The position numbers and the translations under genes were made by a program. The notes under the pieces are model-generated. The model was not told the origin of the DNA. It saw nothing but the letters and a program-made list of their open reading frames with translations, and made no database searches. DNA of 63,999 nt, the filler included, from Sphacelaria rigidula (lineage: Eukaryota), in the NCBI GenBank assembly GCA_964200075.2. It is 5 parts of 5 records of this genome, joined end to end, with 100 filler letters (N's around TTAATTAATTAA, not from the genome) between each part and the next. Parts side by side here need not be neighbours in the genome. Positions count along the whole stretch, not along the records: positions 25,660 to 38,386 come from CAXNAA020003466.1; positions 38,487 to 51,213 come from CAXNAA020003467.1; 3 more parts are not named here. One strand, given 5' to 3'. Shown here one piece after another: positions 25,660-39,161 of the stretch (its first letter is position 1; the number at the start of each line of letters is the position of its first letter).

Positions 25660-27402
25660 TGTCTAGGTTTTGGTGGCTTGTTTCACAGCGCCGTTGCCAC
25701 TCGACGCCAACCCAAGAGTCTAGAGCTGTGTGTGTGTGTGGGGGGGGGGAGTCAAGCACATAGAATGCCCTTGTTAGGACCAAAGGTGAAAACCTTGCTT
25801 CAACAAGCATGTAGTTGGGGGAGAGATTCAGCTGAAATTCTCATATAATTCGTAAGTTTACATTTTTCTTTGATGAAAATATCGCGAAAAATCGATGGGT
25901 ATCTCTTATTACTGAAGGCGGTCCGGCACCCTCCATAATGTCCATTTCATGGGAGACATGACTGACATGACATGGAAGTCGACGGACGGCATGATATGCT
26001 CTGAACACACTACACGACTACAAAATCCACAGAAACGCACTCCAACTTGTTCCTTTTCACGAAGAAGCAAGTTATCGACTCGCATGCGCATTGCGTCGTT
26101 CACGGAAGATCCAACTGTTCCAGAAACGAATGAAATTCACGCAAGTTTAGCGGTTCACGAAACAAGGGGAAGAACACGAACACATGGAATCAATTGGTCG
26201 GAACAAAGAACAAAAATACTGACATCTCATGAATATAAATAGAATATCTCTGGCTCAACCCTATGAACTACATGTTTGACTCGTGCACGGCTCTCCAATC
26301 CCAAGGTCACGAGCAATCCCCCATTGGCTGGGTTTGCCAACACTGCCGAGTCTCTGAGCATCTTCCACTCATCGATCTCGCTAGCGCCGTCCTCAAGTCT
26401 GCCACGGTCCCGCGATGATTGTGTGTTGCTGGTGTGTACCCCCACAGCCCAAGCGCTCCTATCTTTCGGAGGAAAATAGGGTGTTTCACCGACTCATGAT
26501 GGATATCCGAAAGTATGATTTTTTTTTAAGATCCGTGAAGCGGCGGAGGAGGCGGGGGCTGCTGGTTCTTATCCAATTTGATGCCTTCAGCATGTGTTCT
26601 TTCATCAGACGTCTCCTCATCCTAAGAAAGTGAACGAGTCCGATTTCTTGGGTCCCGTCTCTTACCTTCTCTAAGAGTTCAGTCTATTGAGTTTTTCGCC
26701 CTCATTTCTTACCAGCGGGCGGAAACTGTAGGTTGAAATCTCGCGGGCCTATGAACAACCGCGATCCTTTTCCCGTCTCGCATCTCCCTCCCCTGAATGG
26801 CCTCAACCACCAATATTCGTCGGAAACCACACACTACATGTTGAACAGCCGGCATACGCGCACGACCACATTCTTTTCAGGATCACAGTCTAGGCGTTGC
26901 AGAAACGCACCTGATTCACACCATGCCAAGTCAAATTCTATCTTCCACAGATGCAAGCTTGTCTGACGCGGGTCAAGTTCAAAGAAACAGAGATCCCCAC
27001 GCCAAGCAAAACGCGATTGCTTTTCACATGCACGCTTGATCAACCACGTGATGAGTGGAACGAAAACACGCGACGAACGACGAGGTCAGGTTTTTTATCG
27101 GGAATGCAACGCAACGCACAGCCCTGCTTCTTCATACCGCGCGGCTACTCTACGACAACCCATCACACAACAACAGTACAGTACGTTACAGCACGATACC
27201 AAGAACAAGCAATGCTCGGGAAACACACACCCAGAGAAGACCGCGACTCTTAACAGCAAAACAGAGACGGGGCAGCTCCTCAAACCGAAATGGCAACTAT
27301 ACACAGGGAAGACATCGTTTTATGCACACACACGTACACATCACAAGCATGACTTCAAAATCACTACCGTACCCCACTCCCGCACGTACTATTGATATTA
27401 CG

Positions 27403-30400
27403 TCATACCGAATACGTCTCAGTATCTGACTCCATAGACTGTTGTGCCGGCGGGTGCGGCGCCGCTGACCCCTCTAGAGATTTCCTTTCTTGACGACTGA
27501 TCGACCCCTCGACACCGACCGTCTTCGCCCCTCCCTTCCCCGCCCCAATCGCCGGGGACTCTGGGGACGTTGGGCCGGGCGAACTGGCCACAGACGACCC
27601 TTCTGTTGCCTCGCCCACCCCACCTGCCACGACAGCGAGCAGTCTCCTTACGCGAGTCTCGAGGTTCTGCACCGCCCTGTCTACGTCATTACTCAGCCGT
27701 TGCGTGCTGCCATTAAGCCGTTGAATAAGATGGGTAGGAGGGGTGTGCGCAAGCGAGGGTGTGGTGATGGTAAGGGGAGGGGGGGGGATGGGGGGTCGAG
27801 ATAATGTATGGGCCATCTTTACGCATATTGGTTTGATTGTCCCTGTACGTCACCGAAGAAAAAAACTGTACAGTATATAGGCTCACAGCAATTACATCCA
27901 AGTGAGACACATATATCTATTATCGCACAGACACTGCTCACAGGTCACTTGTCAATCCCGTCCCCTGAGGCCCAAATAGTAGCCGAATGGCATCTTCATT
28001 TCAGTATAGGGACATTAAAATTGACTCTCCATGATGATCGGGGTGAGGGGGTTTGAGGACGGGGGAAAGGGATAGGACTTTGTTGTAAATTCTACCTGCA
28101 TATCAGAAGTGCATAATGGACGATTCACCCCCAAACAAAACATTTTCGCGAAGCACTGGCTTACATTCGTCAATTGTTGCGAAAGCTACAGGCTGGTTCA
28201 CGCTCATCACCCAAAATTGGGTCATGAGAAGATGCTCTTCGCAATACCTTCCCAATAGCCACATACATGAAATCATACGAACCGCCATGGACAGCTGAAG
28301 AGCGTGACGTAGCCAGATTTGTGTTCAAGCCATAGTGGTGGCGCAAAGGGCGAAAAGATACCTCGACTAATCAGCGCTCTTAAAATTGTTCTGAAATCGA
28401 AAATACGAATTTCAAGCCCAATTTCCACCCAATCTCCACATGCTTCAAATCGCAGCAACCTCCATCAGCTCGGGAATGTACCGGAAAAAAACAGACTTAA
28501 AAAGGGTTACTACGCGGTCGAATTATACCCGAGACGGTGGTGTTTCGGTGATGGGGGATTGGTCTTCATTGATCATAAGCACGAAAGAATCAGGGAGCTT
28601 CGTGACGGTTTCCCTTACATCTGTCGTGCGGGAAAAGCTCAGATCGCCCTTGAACTTGGCAGCTCCGTAGGTATTGTTGCTTTAAAAGGATTTTTTTTTC
28701 CCTCGACAATATTGCAATTTTTTTCCGTTCTCTACCGGATTTCGGGGATCTTCACACTGGGACCCCCGGGAGGCGTTACAAAATGCCTCGAAAAAAATAG
28801 AGCGATGTGTCCCGGGGTAGTTCAAGGAACACGTGTGAAGTCTGGTAGAGAAACTTGAAAATATCACACTGATTTTCTTACCTTGACGTTGAATACACCC
28901 AAATAAATCGTTTTCACACTCAAACCAAGTAATTAGGAGCTTCGACGTTTCGGAAAGTTGATCATCCGTGACATCATGGTGTGCCCCGTGGCCACTTCTT
29001 CTGCTATCCCTGAGGCATACTCTATGAAACGGCCAGCGGGGTCTTCCACCCTCTGCCAAGTATCAGATCATTCGCACAGGGTGTCTTGCAACAAGAACAG
29101 CGTTCAAAGGGAAAGGGCTTGAGAAACAAGGTAACCAGGCTCCCCTTTCAGGCGCGTTCAGTAGCTTGACGGTACATACGTTAACATGAAAAAAAAAAAG
29201 CAAAAGTAGATTTCACCTTGCACTGCTTGGATCTGACCGAAGATCTTCCCGGAGGTGATGCTGCCGCTCTCGGAGGTGCACCAGCTGTCGTGAAAGCTGC
29301 TTTAGGGTAGCCTGGCGACGCGAGGGATAACGGCAAACTTGTCGATGTTGTAGGGATAGTAGAACAAGTCAATCGATTTCAGAAGCACATCCCACTGAGA
29401 TAGGCGTGAAGAAACAGGAACCTTCTAAACAAACGTTCGCGACCGGGCAAACCGGATACAAAACGCATATAATTACACACCACAGGATTTCCAATACAAG
29501 CACGAAGGCTGCAACAACACCGAGTGCGACACGACCGAGAACGCATATTTCTCAGGGCTGGGTCCTGGACCAGTACCTACACACTGGCAGTACTACTGGT
29601 ACTGGCAGTGTACTGCTGAGTGATGCCGCGATAGCTCCCCCCAAAAGTGTCACGAAGGGAAGGGCCACACAGCGCATGATGATTGGTTTTAGACTGCTTG
29701 AAGCACCATGAATGGGCAACATTGGCGAGAACGATTCCAAGTGTGGGAGTTCCCACCTGCTGCATGTGCTCGGTTTCTGTCATTTGAATCGTATGTCGAA
29801 TTTGCCTCCTCAAACCACCATTTTTCTTGGGGTAGGGGGGGGGGGGGTGTACTTAAGATCATGCATGCCATAGTCACAAGAACATTGACCGCGGGGAAGA
29901 GGGGGTTGGGGGGGGGTATCGCTGCATCACACTGGTACTGGAAAAAGAGCAGCCAGCGTTGGTTTACGTACGTCACACTACAACGCCTCATTACTCAACG
30001 GAAAGCCATACAACTGCGCCACAAGTGAATCCGAATCGCATTTTTTTGCTCTAGTGGCGCCAAATCGCGTGAAAATGCGCCTCCTGCGGGGCTTCCCCGT
30101 CGCCCCCAGGTACTGGCAAGATCCAGTATATAATACATTGGCTGGCTGCGCCAGGACCCCAGCCTTGGCATTCCCGCTTGTAAGTACACCAACCTTGTTA
30201 TCCTGAGCAGCGTCTACTGACGGCGGTGGCGGCATGGCTTCCATCACACCATCACCCTCCTCAGCGCCTTTGTCCTTTCCGCCGCCGCTCCCAATACTAC
30301 TGGCATCATCTCCCGCACCCCCAGCACCCCCATCCCCACTGCCTGAAACCCTTGACCCCCCGCTTCCGACCCCCCGCCGGACCTCAGCAAGCAGCACCTT

Positions 30401-33400
30401 CTTCTCGGCACGCAGCCGCTGCAGCCTAACTTCAGCATCCGCAAGCGCTCCGTCCCGCCCCTCCGCGTCCTCCTCCAACTCCTTCACCCGTGCCTCGGCC
30501 GCACGGCGCATCATCCCACTTTCCTCCGCCCGCGCCTCGGCCGCCGCGCACCGATCTCCCAGGGCCCGCTCGCGCGCGCGCAGGCCGGCGACCAGCACGC
30601 GTTTCTGTGCGCCGAGCTCGGAGACCGTGGCATCCAATTCCGCCACCGCCGCGCGCGCATCCTCAGCTTCTTCCCGGGCGAGGCGGGCGCTCTCACGTTC
30701 CGCCGCCAGCGCCGCCCGGATGCCGCCGACGCCGCCGCGTTCTTCCTCGAGGCGGCGCGATAGGCGGGCCGCCTCCGCCTCGGCATGTGCGCGGGACTCG
30801 TGGGACTTGGCGAGCGCCTGACTGGCGTCTTCGTGTCTGTGGCGCTCAAGTTCTAACTCTGCGACAACCTTGGTGAGTTTGTTCGACGTGTGCATGTGGG
30901 TGAAGGACACGGAGGGGTGGACGGGAGGAGGGGTGGGGAGCGGTTCACTCGTAATCTTGCACACCGCAGTAAAGGACCATTGACCTTGCATCCCGACAAA
31001 GACGAGACGGAGCACGCCGGGTTTTCGCCGGACCAGGAGGGGGCAAACTCGGGCGCCGGGAATATGGGCGGGCGGTGAGCATATTATGTGGTCAACTGTT
31101 CAGTTGTATGCGCAGCGCGAGCGGCGTCGGAACGCATCCTTCACCGCGCGTGAAAAAGGGTAGTCTTTTTGTTAGGCATTGTACAGCTTTCGAGTACCGG
31201 CGTGGACGAGTTTTCACAGCGCGGAAAAATATTTGACAATACTAGTACCTTGGCCAGTTCCTCCTGAATTCCACTGCGAGCAACTTGCCACACGCTTCGC
31301 TCAGCTTGCAACAGGTCTCGCTCGCGCTTTGTTCGAAGAAGCTGCTCTTCTGATGCCTGGAGCCTGACCGTGGCCGCCGCCGCCGCCCCCGCCTCCGCGT
31401 TTCTGGAAGCCTCGGTATCTTCTAGCACTAGTCGTACATCGGTCAATTGCTCTTGAGTTTCCTCCAGGGTGCGTTCCAACCTTAAGGATGAGTTTGGAAA
31501 AGTAAAGACAACGGCGGTGGCTTGTGCGATTGACAAAGGACGGAACAACTCGAGCTAAAGGAAGAAAAATCTGCGTTGCGGAGTACAAATTACGCAGGTG
31601 AACTAAGTGAGGCTAAACGTAACCAGACGAATGCAGGATACTGCTGCCTTATGCCTGCGGACTCATCATATTGCAGTGCCACGCCTTTCAGAGGTGCTCG
31701 CAGTAGAGAGCACATGAAGAAAGTGCACGTAAGCAATGGGGACACGAAAAATATAATCAGATTCTCCGTTTAGAGTTGGACGGTCTCTAATAAAAGCTTA
31801 TTCGGAAGTCACAGCAATTACGGCTCATGAAAATATCAGGAGAACGTGCGGAGAACCGGGAACATGTGCTCGATCGACGTTGTGGAAATGTTACCCGGTG
31901 CTGCAATGCGCCTATGAAAGAACCAGACGAAGATAAAATATAGAAAGTGCGCTCGCCTGTCAGCCCGAGTGTTCGTCTTCTGCAACGTAGCGAGCAGCAC
32001 CTTCGACTGAGCTTCGCTCTGAGCCCTTCGCGCGGACGCCGAAGCAACCTCGTCTTCCAAAAGCTCGAACTTCTCTACCAGCTTGTTGACACCCTCCACG
32101 TCCACGTTGCCGCCGGCACATCCTGATCCCCCCAGCCCCTCGCCACCACCACCCGGAGACATCAAGCTCCCACTCCTCTCGGCGTCGGTGGTTCCTGAGT
32201 CGTCGTCGATAAAGGTGCCATGCAAATACGAGCCCGAGCAGTCGGTGGTCTTCTCTCGGGCGTCCACCATCATCCCGAGGTCGCGCAGCAACGCCGCCGC
32301 AACGCGTCGCACTCGGCCAAAGCGATAATACCCGTTGCTATCGCAGCTTTCGTTGGAAACGCCGCCGGTGCCGTCAGGGTTTGCGGCGGTATCAACCTCT
32401 CTTTGTCCGCAGTCATCAAAGCCTCCAAGGCCGTCACCCCCAATCCCAACCGCCGTCACGGTAGCACTAGCGTGACCGAACCCGCCGTCCAGGATTGTTT
32501 GGGCGGCTGCACTACGAGTGCGCGTGGCGCGACGCTTTTGCCCGATGGCGCCGGCCGCTTCGATCGCCGCCCGCATGGTCTGCACGGTGGCTGACTCCAT
32601 CACGAAGCATAGCCGTTTCCCCCTCAATCGGCTGTACGAATTGTCCCAGCGTAGGATGCACCTGTGTGCAATGGAGGAGTGGAGACATGCGAGAGTGCGC
32701 GGAGTGATGAGAAAATAGGTGTGTAGAGCATTCATGTAGTGTCTACCGCAGGGAACAATCAAGCGCCGTGAAGTACGTGAGGATAGGTGGATGGGAATCG
32801 GAACTGTATGCGATGACGTCACGGGCCATGTCTTGAAGCAACAGATGCGACGTTCTACACAGCATGCACACCAGATTCTGGAAATACGTGCCGGTGTGTA
32901 CAGTGAAAACTTCTACACTAAAAAAACGCAATTCGGTCTGAAGCCCTTGTTTCATCATGGTTTCAATCAATCACTCACGTTCCGTCCGCGGGGCAGGTGA
33001 AGCTACCCTGCACAGGATCTCCTCCGCCGGTCGAATACCTCGTCGGAAGATGGACCGTCTTCTCCTGTGACGATGTCTCATCGTCACCGCTATGTTTGTA
33101 CCGCAATCCTTCGGTTGCACCATTCCTATCCACAATCATGTCATTCTTGCCACTCGCACGTTGACTGACGCTGACCATACCCCACCACCCCGACTTGCGC
33201 CGCCGCCTACTGTTGGTCCCACCGTCGACTTCCGCGTTCACGGTATCGGGCGACGCTGCCGGGGAATCGGCCGACTTCGTGCCCTTTGGTCCAGGACTGA
33301 CCGGTCTTCCAACACTTGACGTTACCTGATAGTCGGCGGCACCCCCGTCGACGGCGAGATCATCACCAGAGTCGGGGCGATGCGACGGCACAACGACGGG

Positions 33401-34704
33401 GTGCGGTCGAAACACGACCGAAAAGTTTATGTCGAGGTGGTCCAGCACCTCGAACTTCCATACCACACTCTCTCCGCGAAGCACGTCGATTTGCTCCGAG
33501 TGGCTGCCTCGTCTCGGCACATACACGCTGGTGTAATCGAATGGCTGCAGAAGAAAGTCGATCGCCGTTTCCGGTTCTTGCGGGCCTTCCCCTCCTCGTC
33601 CGTCGCGGCCATCGCCCCACTCTGCGCACGAGTCGTCGCCGTCCGCTCGCGACGGCGCCGAGCGGCGGCGGCGGTCGCCCAAGAACCCGCTGAAAACCTG
33701 ACTTTGTACCACAGCTGGAATTGCCAATAACGCGTTAAGATATATCGTGAGATCACCGGCGACATCGTTGCGCGCTATTTTCTTCCCCAGCTCCGGCTCA
33801 CCATCGTCTTCACCGTTGCCGCTGCTGATGTTTGGGTATGCTGTGGGACCGGTCGGTAACGACGGGAGCTGGTCTTTGATGGCCTCATCGCAACCAAACT
33901 CGTCTGTGAAGAGTAGGTAGTGGAGCCGCTGGAATTCTGACCACGGCTTACGCAGCAAAGCGCGGGGCGGTGGATGCGCCGCGCTCCCACTCCCGCCACC
34001 GCGCTCTCCTTCCAAGGATATCTCTATGCTGTACCAGGGTTCCTGGGAAGCGAAACAAGCGGGTTGATCGATGGAAATGCGGTGGCTTTTATGCGCATGA
34101 ATGGCAGGGCAGGACACGAGACTTTTCTAACGCGAAGCGGTGGATGGAATATGAAGATGTCAAAGGGCTTAGATTCATCCGTCAGATACGGCGATGTGGC
34201 TTCGCACCCACGTGTGCCCACGTGTGCAGCTGTGCTTGATCCACTCGGTTTGTACCCCGTGTTGTGCATCCGTCTGTAGTGATGACGTCAAATCGGTGTA
34301 TTGCTCGGTTTGAGTACGGATCATAAGCCCATCCAATGTCCGTCATTTGCAGTACACACTGATGACATGGAATACAGCTAGAGCCTGCATAAGCTGGTGA
34401 TGCAATTCGCAAAACTGTGGTGGCGGTACTGCAGATATGTCGTGTTCTACATCTCCTCTGCAAGCAAGTTTACAAAAACTGCAAGTTGGTTCAAGGAGAG
34501 ATGCAACCCGAAATAGCAAAAACATGCAATATTGAATATTGACGACCACTGCCCACGAAAATCTCTTCGTGTGCAACCAAACTAAATTCCTACCTCCGAA
34601 GACTCATCGTAGATATCACCTCTCGCATAGAACTCGTTGGCGTCCATTTCCTTCACCATTTCCTTCACCAGATCAGAGAGGTTGGTACTGCCGCCGTGCG
34701 CCAT
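27403..34704 (-). CDS. PX-domain, GOLD-domain, long coiled-coil protein; 7-exon model, ~1061 aa
   Basis: Exons 34704-34594, 34042-32979, 32661-31957, 31480-31249, 30868-30194, 29311-29217, 27706-27403, phase-consistent. PX: RKPWSEFQRLHYLL...LPSLP...LTIYLNALLAIPAVVQSQVFSGFL. GOLD: GESVVWKFEVLDHLDINFSVVF...VQGSFTCPADGTCILRWDNSYSRLRGKRLCFVME. C-terminal A/E/R heptads. Start exon less certain. Confidence 0.85.
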
Positions 34705-35340
34705 GGCCGAGCCGACTCCTCTCGGCAAGGCGGCACGATACAGACAGATACAACGCGACAATATCTGTGCAACAACAGTAGTACAGATCTGCTACTGCGT
34801 TTGTGTAGGCAAACTCGACGTGGTGAAAGGTGGGGTACGATGCAACACAATCCACGCAGTCAGAGATTTAATAGCGCATCGCTGAAGCCTTTGTAGTGCT
34901 CAACTCTCTAAAGGCGCACTCATCGTCGAAGGTTGAGTTAGCGCTGCGGAGAACCCTGTGCTCTACGTACACTTGTTCAGTGATGCAGTGATGTCCTGAG
35001 ACCGAGGTCCGCTTTACAATGACATAGGGTTCCGCGTACAAGACCAGGTAATGACTATAGGAGAAACTGGTCAACGGCCGTGGGCGACAAAGGATATGAC
35101 AATAATGCACACCCTGGACAATAGATTACACTGCCAAAAAGTGTACTGCTTACAGATAGTATCGACTATTGCGCACATACACGGTGTGCAATCATGTATA
35201 TTGTCATAACCTTTGGTGGGTGACGTAGTTTCCGCATTATGATACAACACGCTATATTACAGTTAAAAAATAATGACCAATTTCATTGCGTAGCATTAAA
35301 GTAAATCAATTTTCTTAAGTCATGTGGTATACCCGCGCCG

Positions 35341-36012
35341 ATGCAAGACGACGTCCTGCACGAGTTCTTGGGCATCCTAGATCGTTCTTTGATAAGCCCA
35401 GGCAACCACGTAAGCACCGAGGATGTAATCCGTTCGCTACCTCGTACTAACGAAGAATTCCAAACATGCCAACTCAAGCGGTTTCTACAGTCCAACCTCG
35501 AGGGCACGACGCCGAGTCCTGGGGGTGAGAGCCTAGGGAACGCGGTCGACGCAGCGATAGCCGCGGGGTACCTAGAGGACCGGGCGCACGGATGCGTCCG
35601 CCCCGACGCCGTCGATTCAGTCCTGTCAGTGTTGATTAGTTCATCCATTCTTGATGATGTGGTCAAGAGCACACGTGATGCGTTAAGGCGCGCCGCAGGT
35701 GGCCCTTCCTCGACCATCGCCGGTACGGGTGCTTTGGAGGAACGCATTGGGCGGCGGTCGATCTCATGTTTGGATAGCAGTGAAGCCACAGAGGCTGGTG
35801 TGCACACGAAGAAGAAAGCTGCACGCAGGCAGGATTGGGGTGGTCGGAACCTTGACTGGTGGGGTGGAAGTGGTGAGTTTGGTCCACGCGTTGATATCGA
35901 GGCAACGCTCGCCCAGCTGGAGGGTGGGCTGGTTGCAGCGGGTGCTGCTTCCCGGTCCACGGGTGCGGGTGCTGCAGGATCTGCAATCGATGCGTTGGAT
36001 ACTCTGACCAGG
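35341..36012 (+). CDS. TBC1D32: Probable broad-minded/TBC1D32 (BROMI) N-terminal exon, partial
   Basis: STEDVIRSLPRTNEEFQTCQLKRFLQSNL...LGNAVD aligns with the TBC1D32 N-terminus as I recall it ([29 protein letters not shown]...LGSMIE); IEATLAQLE...AIDALDTL resembles LQLILDQLD...RYEALQTL. Ends at AGG|gtgaga; no downstream exon identified. Confidence 0.55.
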
Positions 36013-38279
36013 GTGAGAGATAGGGAAGGGGTGGCATAGTACAGATGATCACTGTACATGCCAAGCTGCTTGTGGGTGTGTTTCAACTGGCTCTACGCTG
36101 TACCGTGTGATGGGGTGACCAGCCTTTGGTGTCATGGTTGTCATCGCGTATTCGGTATCTCGGACCAAATACCGTGTGCGGTGAATATTACCAAGACTTG
36201 TCAAGTGCAGAGCAAGCTCTCATATTACCATCTTTGAACCGCGCACAGGTCTCGCGTAACTATCTTCGGATCAAACAGCAAGAGTGAAAATCTCATATAA
36301 CCATATCTGAACCGGGCACAAGTCTCACATGACCATCTTGCACCGGGCGGCAAAAATAAACTCTCACGTGACGATCCTTGTATCATGTGTGAGAAATGAT
36401 GCCGATTCACACAAACAAAAATCGTCAATGGGGTCCAAAAGGGTTTACTATTCACCGCAACCATAGACCTGCCCGGCAACCAATCAATGTGTTACTTTCG
36501 GACCGCTGTTTCGTTTCTCGCTTCTTTTTTTCGTCTTGACAAGACATGATTTAAACTGCTGGATATGTGTGCCATGACCCGAACCGGAATATATTCTCGA
36601 ACCAAAACATTAATGACACTCGACCGCTATAGCAGTCAGTGAACCGACACTTTCTCATTCTGAAACAATCCGTACTGCATCAACACGAGGGGTTTTGACA
36701 TGCGGAACCGGCTCGATGAATCTATCCCAGCCGGTACGAAAATACACGTGATCGGTTCTGCGGGGGAAGGTTAGAAGTGGTCATCTTTGAACCGGTCAAG
36801 GGACATGAGGAAACACGTGTAACGTTGGTCATGTGGAAACCCTTTGATACTATAAGAACCAGTCACGAACCAGTAACGGCTTCGGTGAAAAATTTATGCC
36901 GTCTGCACACCAGCCAACGCCTTCGACCACAGTTTTTACCCTTTTCAAGTACGACACTAGAACCAAGAAGCACAATCACGGCCGGAGGGAACGTGTGTGC
37001 GACCGAACAACCACCCATAAACATACGCCCGTGCAGGGTCTACACCGACGACGAGCCAGATCCTTCCAAGGATTCGGTTTTTGTCGAGAGTTTTGTCCAA
37101 CACAATGTACTTCGGGGGGCTTTACTTACTTCAGGTTACTTCTCTCGCTCATTTGAGTTTCCACAAGCTGCTTCGCAGCTGTAGATCTGGTCGACTGGAC
37201 GCAGCAAACCAAGTAGATTCGAAGTTGTCAGGAAAAATGGAGCCTTGCGTGAAGTGTTTGGGATTGGCCAAGTGGCTATTTGGCCAAACGACATTCTGAA
37301 AACTTGAAAAATATGGTGTGGCCGAATGAGGTAGTGTGTACAGTAGAAAAGACAAGGTACAGATCGTGTTTCGTGCGGATGAACCAACATCGGAGATGAA
37401 CGCCGGAAAGCAAACAGTGACATGAGTACCCCACTCCGGGAACTTACAGAAATGTCACCGTCAGGTGACTTTCTGTTGCCACCTCCACCTATTGCGCGAT
37501 TTGTATTGAGTCTTCGACAGTCTACGTGGTACCTCTGTTGCGCTGGGCCCTGGGGCAACAACGAGCAAGACAAGGAGAAACAAAACTACAGTCAGTACAG
37601 AGATGGCACACGCTGATGTATCAGTATATACATATACAGTGCATGCCTGAGCACTTTATGAGGATATGGAGGGATTCGCAAAGTCTGTAGTCGTGTTAGG
37701 ATAGCAGCGCCGAACACCCAGGCACTATCATGCCAGACTCACGCGTATACTTGAGAGAGGGCGGGCCAACGAGAGGTTGTTTTCAGACGAACACGTTCTG
37801 TCTACAGGAAGCTTTGCGTACTTCAATGAAGATATATTATGTGTCAAGATGGTCCTGCGCATACATTTATTCAGCTTGATTTATGCATGTGCTTAGATTG
37901 AGCATGTCGGAACTTCGAAGATCTATTAGGCTAAGGAATGCTTTCTGATTTCCTGAAAATAGACAGAAGGTCGTTGATACGTCAATGTAGCACCGTACGC
38001 CGCGCAGCGCTGAATCCTAACACACTGAAAGTTTCTGTGGGTTTGGTTCATGTGCGACAAAGCCGAAGACCATGATGCTCTCGTGTTTTTTTTTAGCTGA
38101 TATTTCCGGTTGCATCGGAATTGTGGATCGTTTCGTTGACGGTGCTATAATATGAGCACAGCGCTGTCTGGGCTGTTTCATGGCCTTAAGGGCGGATTGA
38201 CTGTACAGTATATACTTTTTATACGCAGCCCACAATCAGAAACACGTCACGTCAAGCAGCTGATACTAAGTATAGCCAA

Positions 38280-38386
38280 TATAATGTGTTTGTCGTTTGC
38301 TGCGCCCCCCATGAAATCGTTTGATGCATCAGACAGTAGGGAGAAAACGATGGCTATACTACGAGATGGATGGTGGCCAGAGACGG
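38280..38386 (+). mobile_element. Possible non-LTR retrotransposon ORF remnant
   Basis: Peptide FDASDSREKTMAILRDGWWP resembles a LINE C-terminal motif I recall from brown algal repeats; contig ends inside it. Confidence 0.35.
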
Positions 38387-38486
38387 NNNNNNNNNNNNNN
38401 NNNNNNNNNNNNNNNNNNNNNNNNNNNNNNTTAATTAATTAANNNNNNNNNNNNNNNNNNNNNNNNNNNNNNNNNNNNNNNNNNNN
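38387..38486. other. Artificial contig linker
   Basis: N44-TTAATTAATTAA-N44. Confidence 0.98.
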
Positions 38487-39022
38487 CGTTTCTGGCCATT
38501 TTTCCTACCTTTCTTGGGCAAAAAGCGAAGCACATCTATTGACCATATATTGTCATTATCCAGTGGTGTGGACTTTCTCGACCTGCGGTTGACGTTCGTA
38601 TATATTTCGAGCAATCAGGCCTCATAAATCGTTGACTTGGTGATTCGAACCAGTCATGATTCATCCGGCCCTTGCGATATACAATACATGTCATCTACGT
38701 GACAAGGACATCAAGGCATCATGGTTCTCACCGCGAAATTCAATTTCATCAGTAAAGGCAAACGACCACAAACAAACGAATTTACTGAGCAGCATATCCA
38801 TTACACGGCGGTACAACATTGGTACGATCGATATAGTCCACTTTCCACTATTGGACAAATCTACGTAAATACTCAAGTTTGGCCAAACTAAGATATACAC
38901 ACGCATTATACAAGACGGTAACGACTGGCGGAGCCAAAATATACGCACATCATTCAACACAGCGAAACCGTTGGAGACAAGCCAAGTCTGTTAACGACCC
39001 CCCCCCCCCTGCCGCCGACAAG

Positions 39023-39150
39023 TGGTCAATGGTCAAATGACTAAGGTAAGCAACAAATGAGTACGCCGCCGACAAGTACTCAGTCTCGAAATGGATGCGT
39101 GATCAATAGTCAAACGACTAGGGCAAGCAACAAATGAGTACGCCCCCCCT
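39023..39150. repeat. Short intronic repeat; inverted copies at 42443-42612
   Basis: GTCTCGAAATGGATGCGTGATCAATAGTCAAACGACTAGGGCAAGCAACAAATGAGTA is close to the reverse complement of 42549-42606. Confidence 0.85.
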
Positions 39151-39161
39151 CGCCGACGCAC

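Noticed and set aside
26030..26700. Possible small minus-strand exons (DEETSDEEHMLK..., RLEDGASEIDEWKMLRD...)
   Set aside because: No consistent spliced model or recognisable family.
30234..30876. Ser/Ala/Arg-rich plus-strand ORFs; likewise 33316-33730 and minus 35283-36086
   Set aside because: Antisense shadows of GC-rich exons of genes already modelled.
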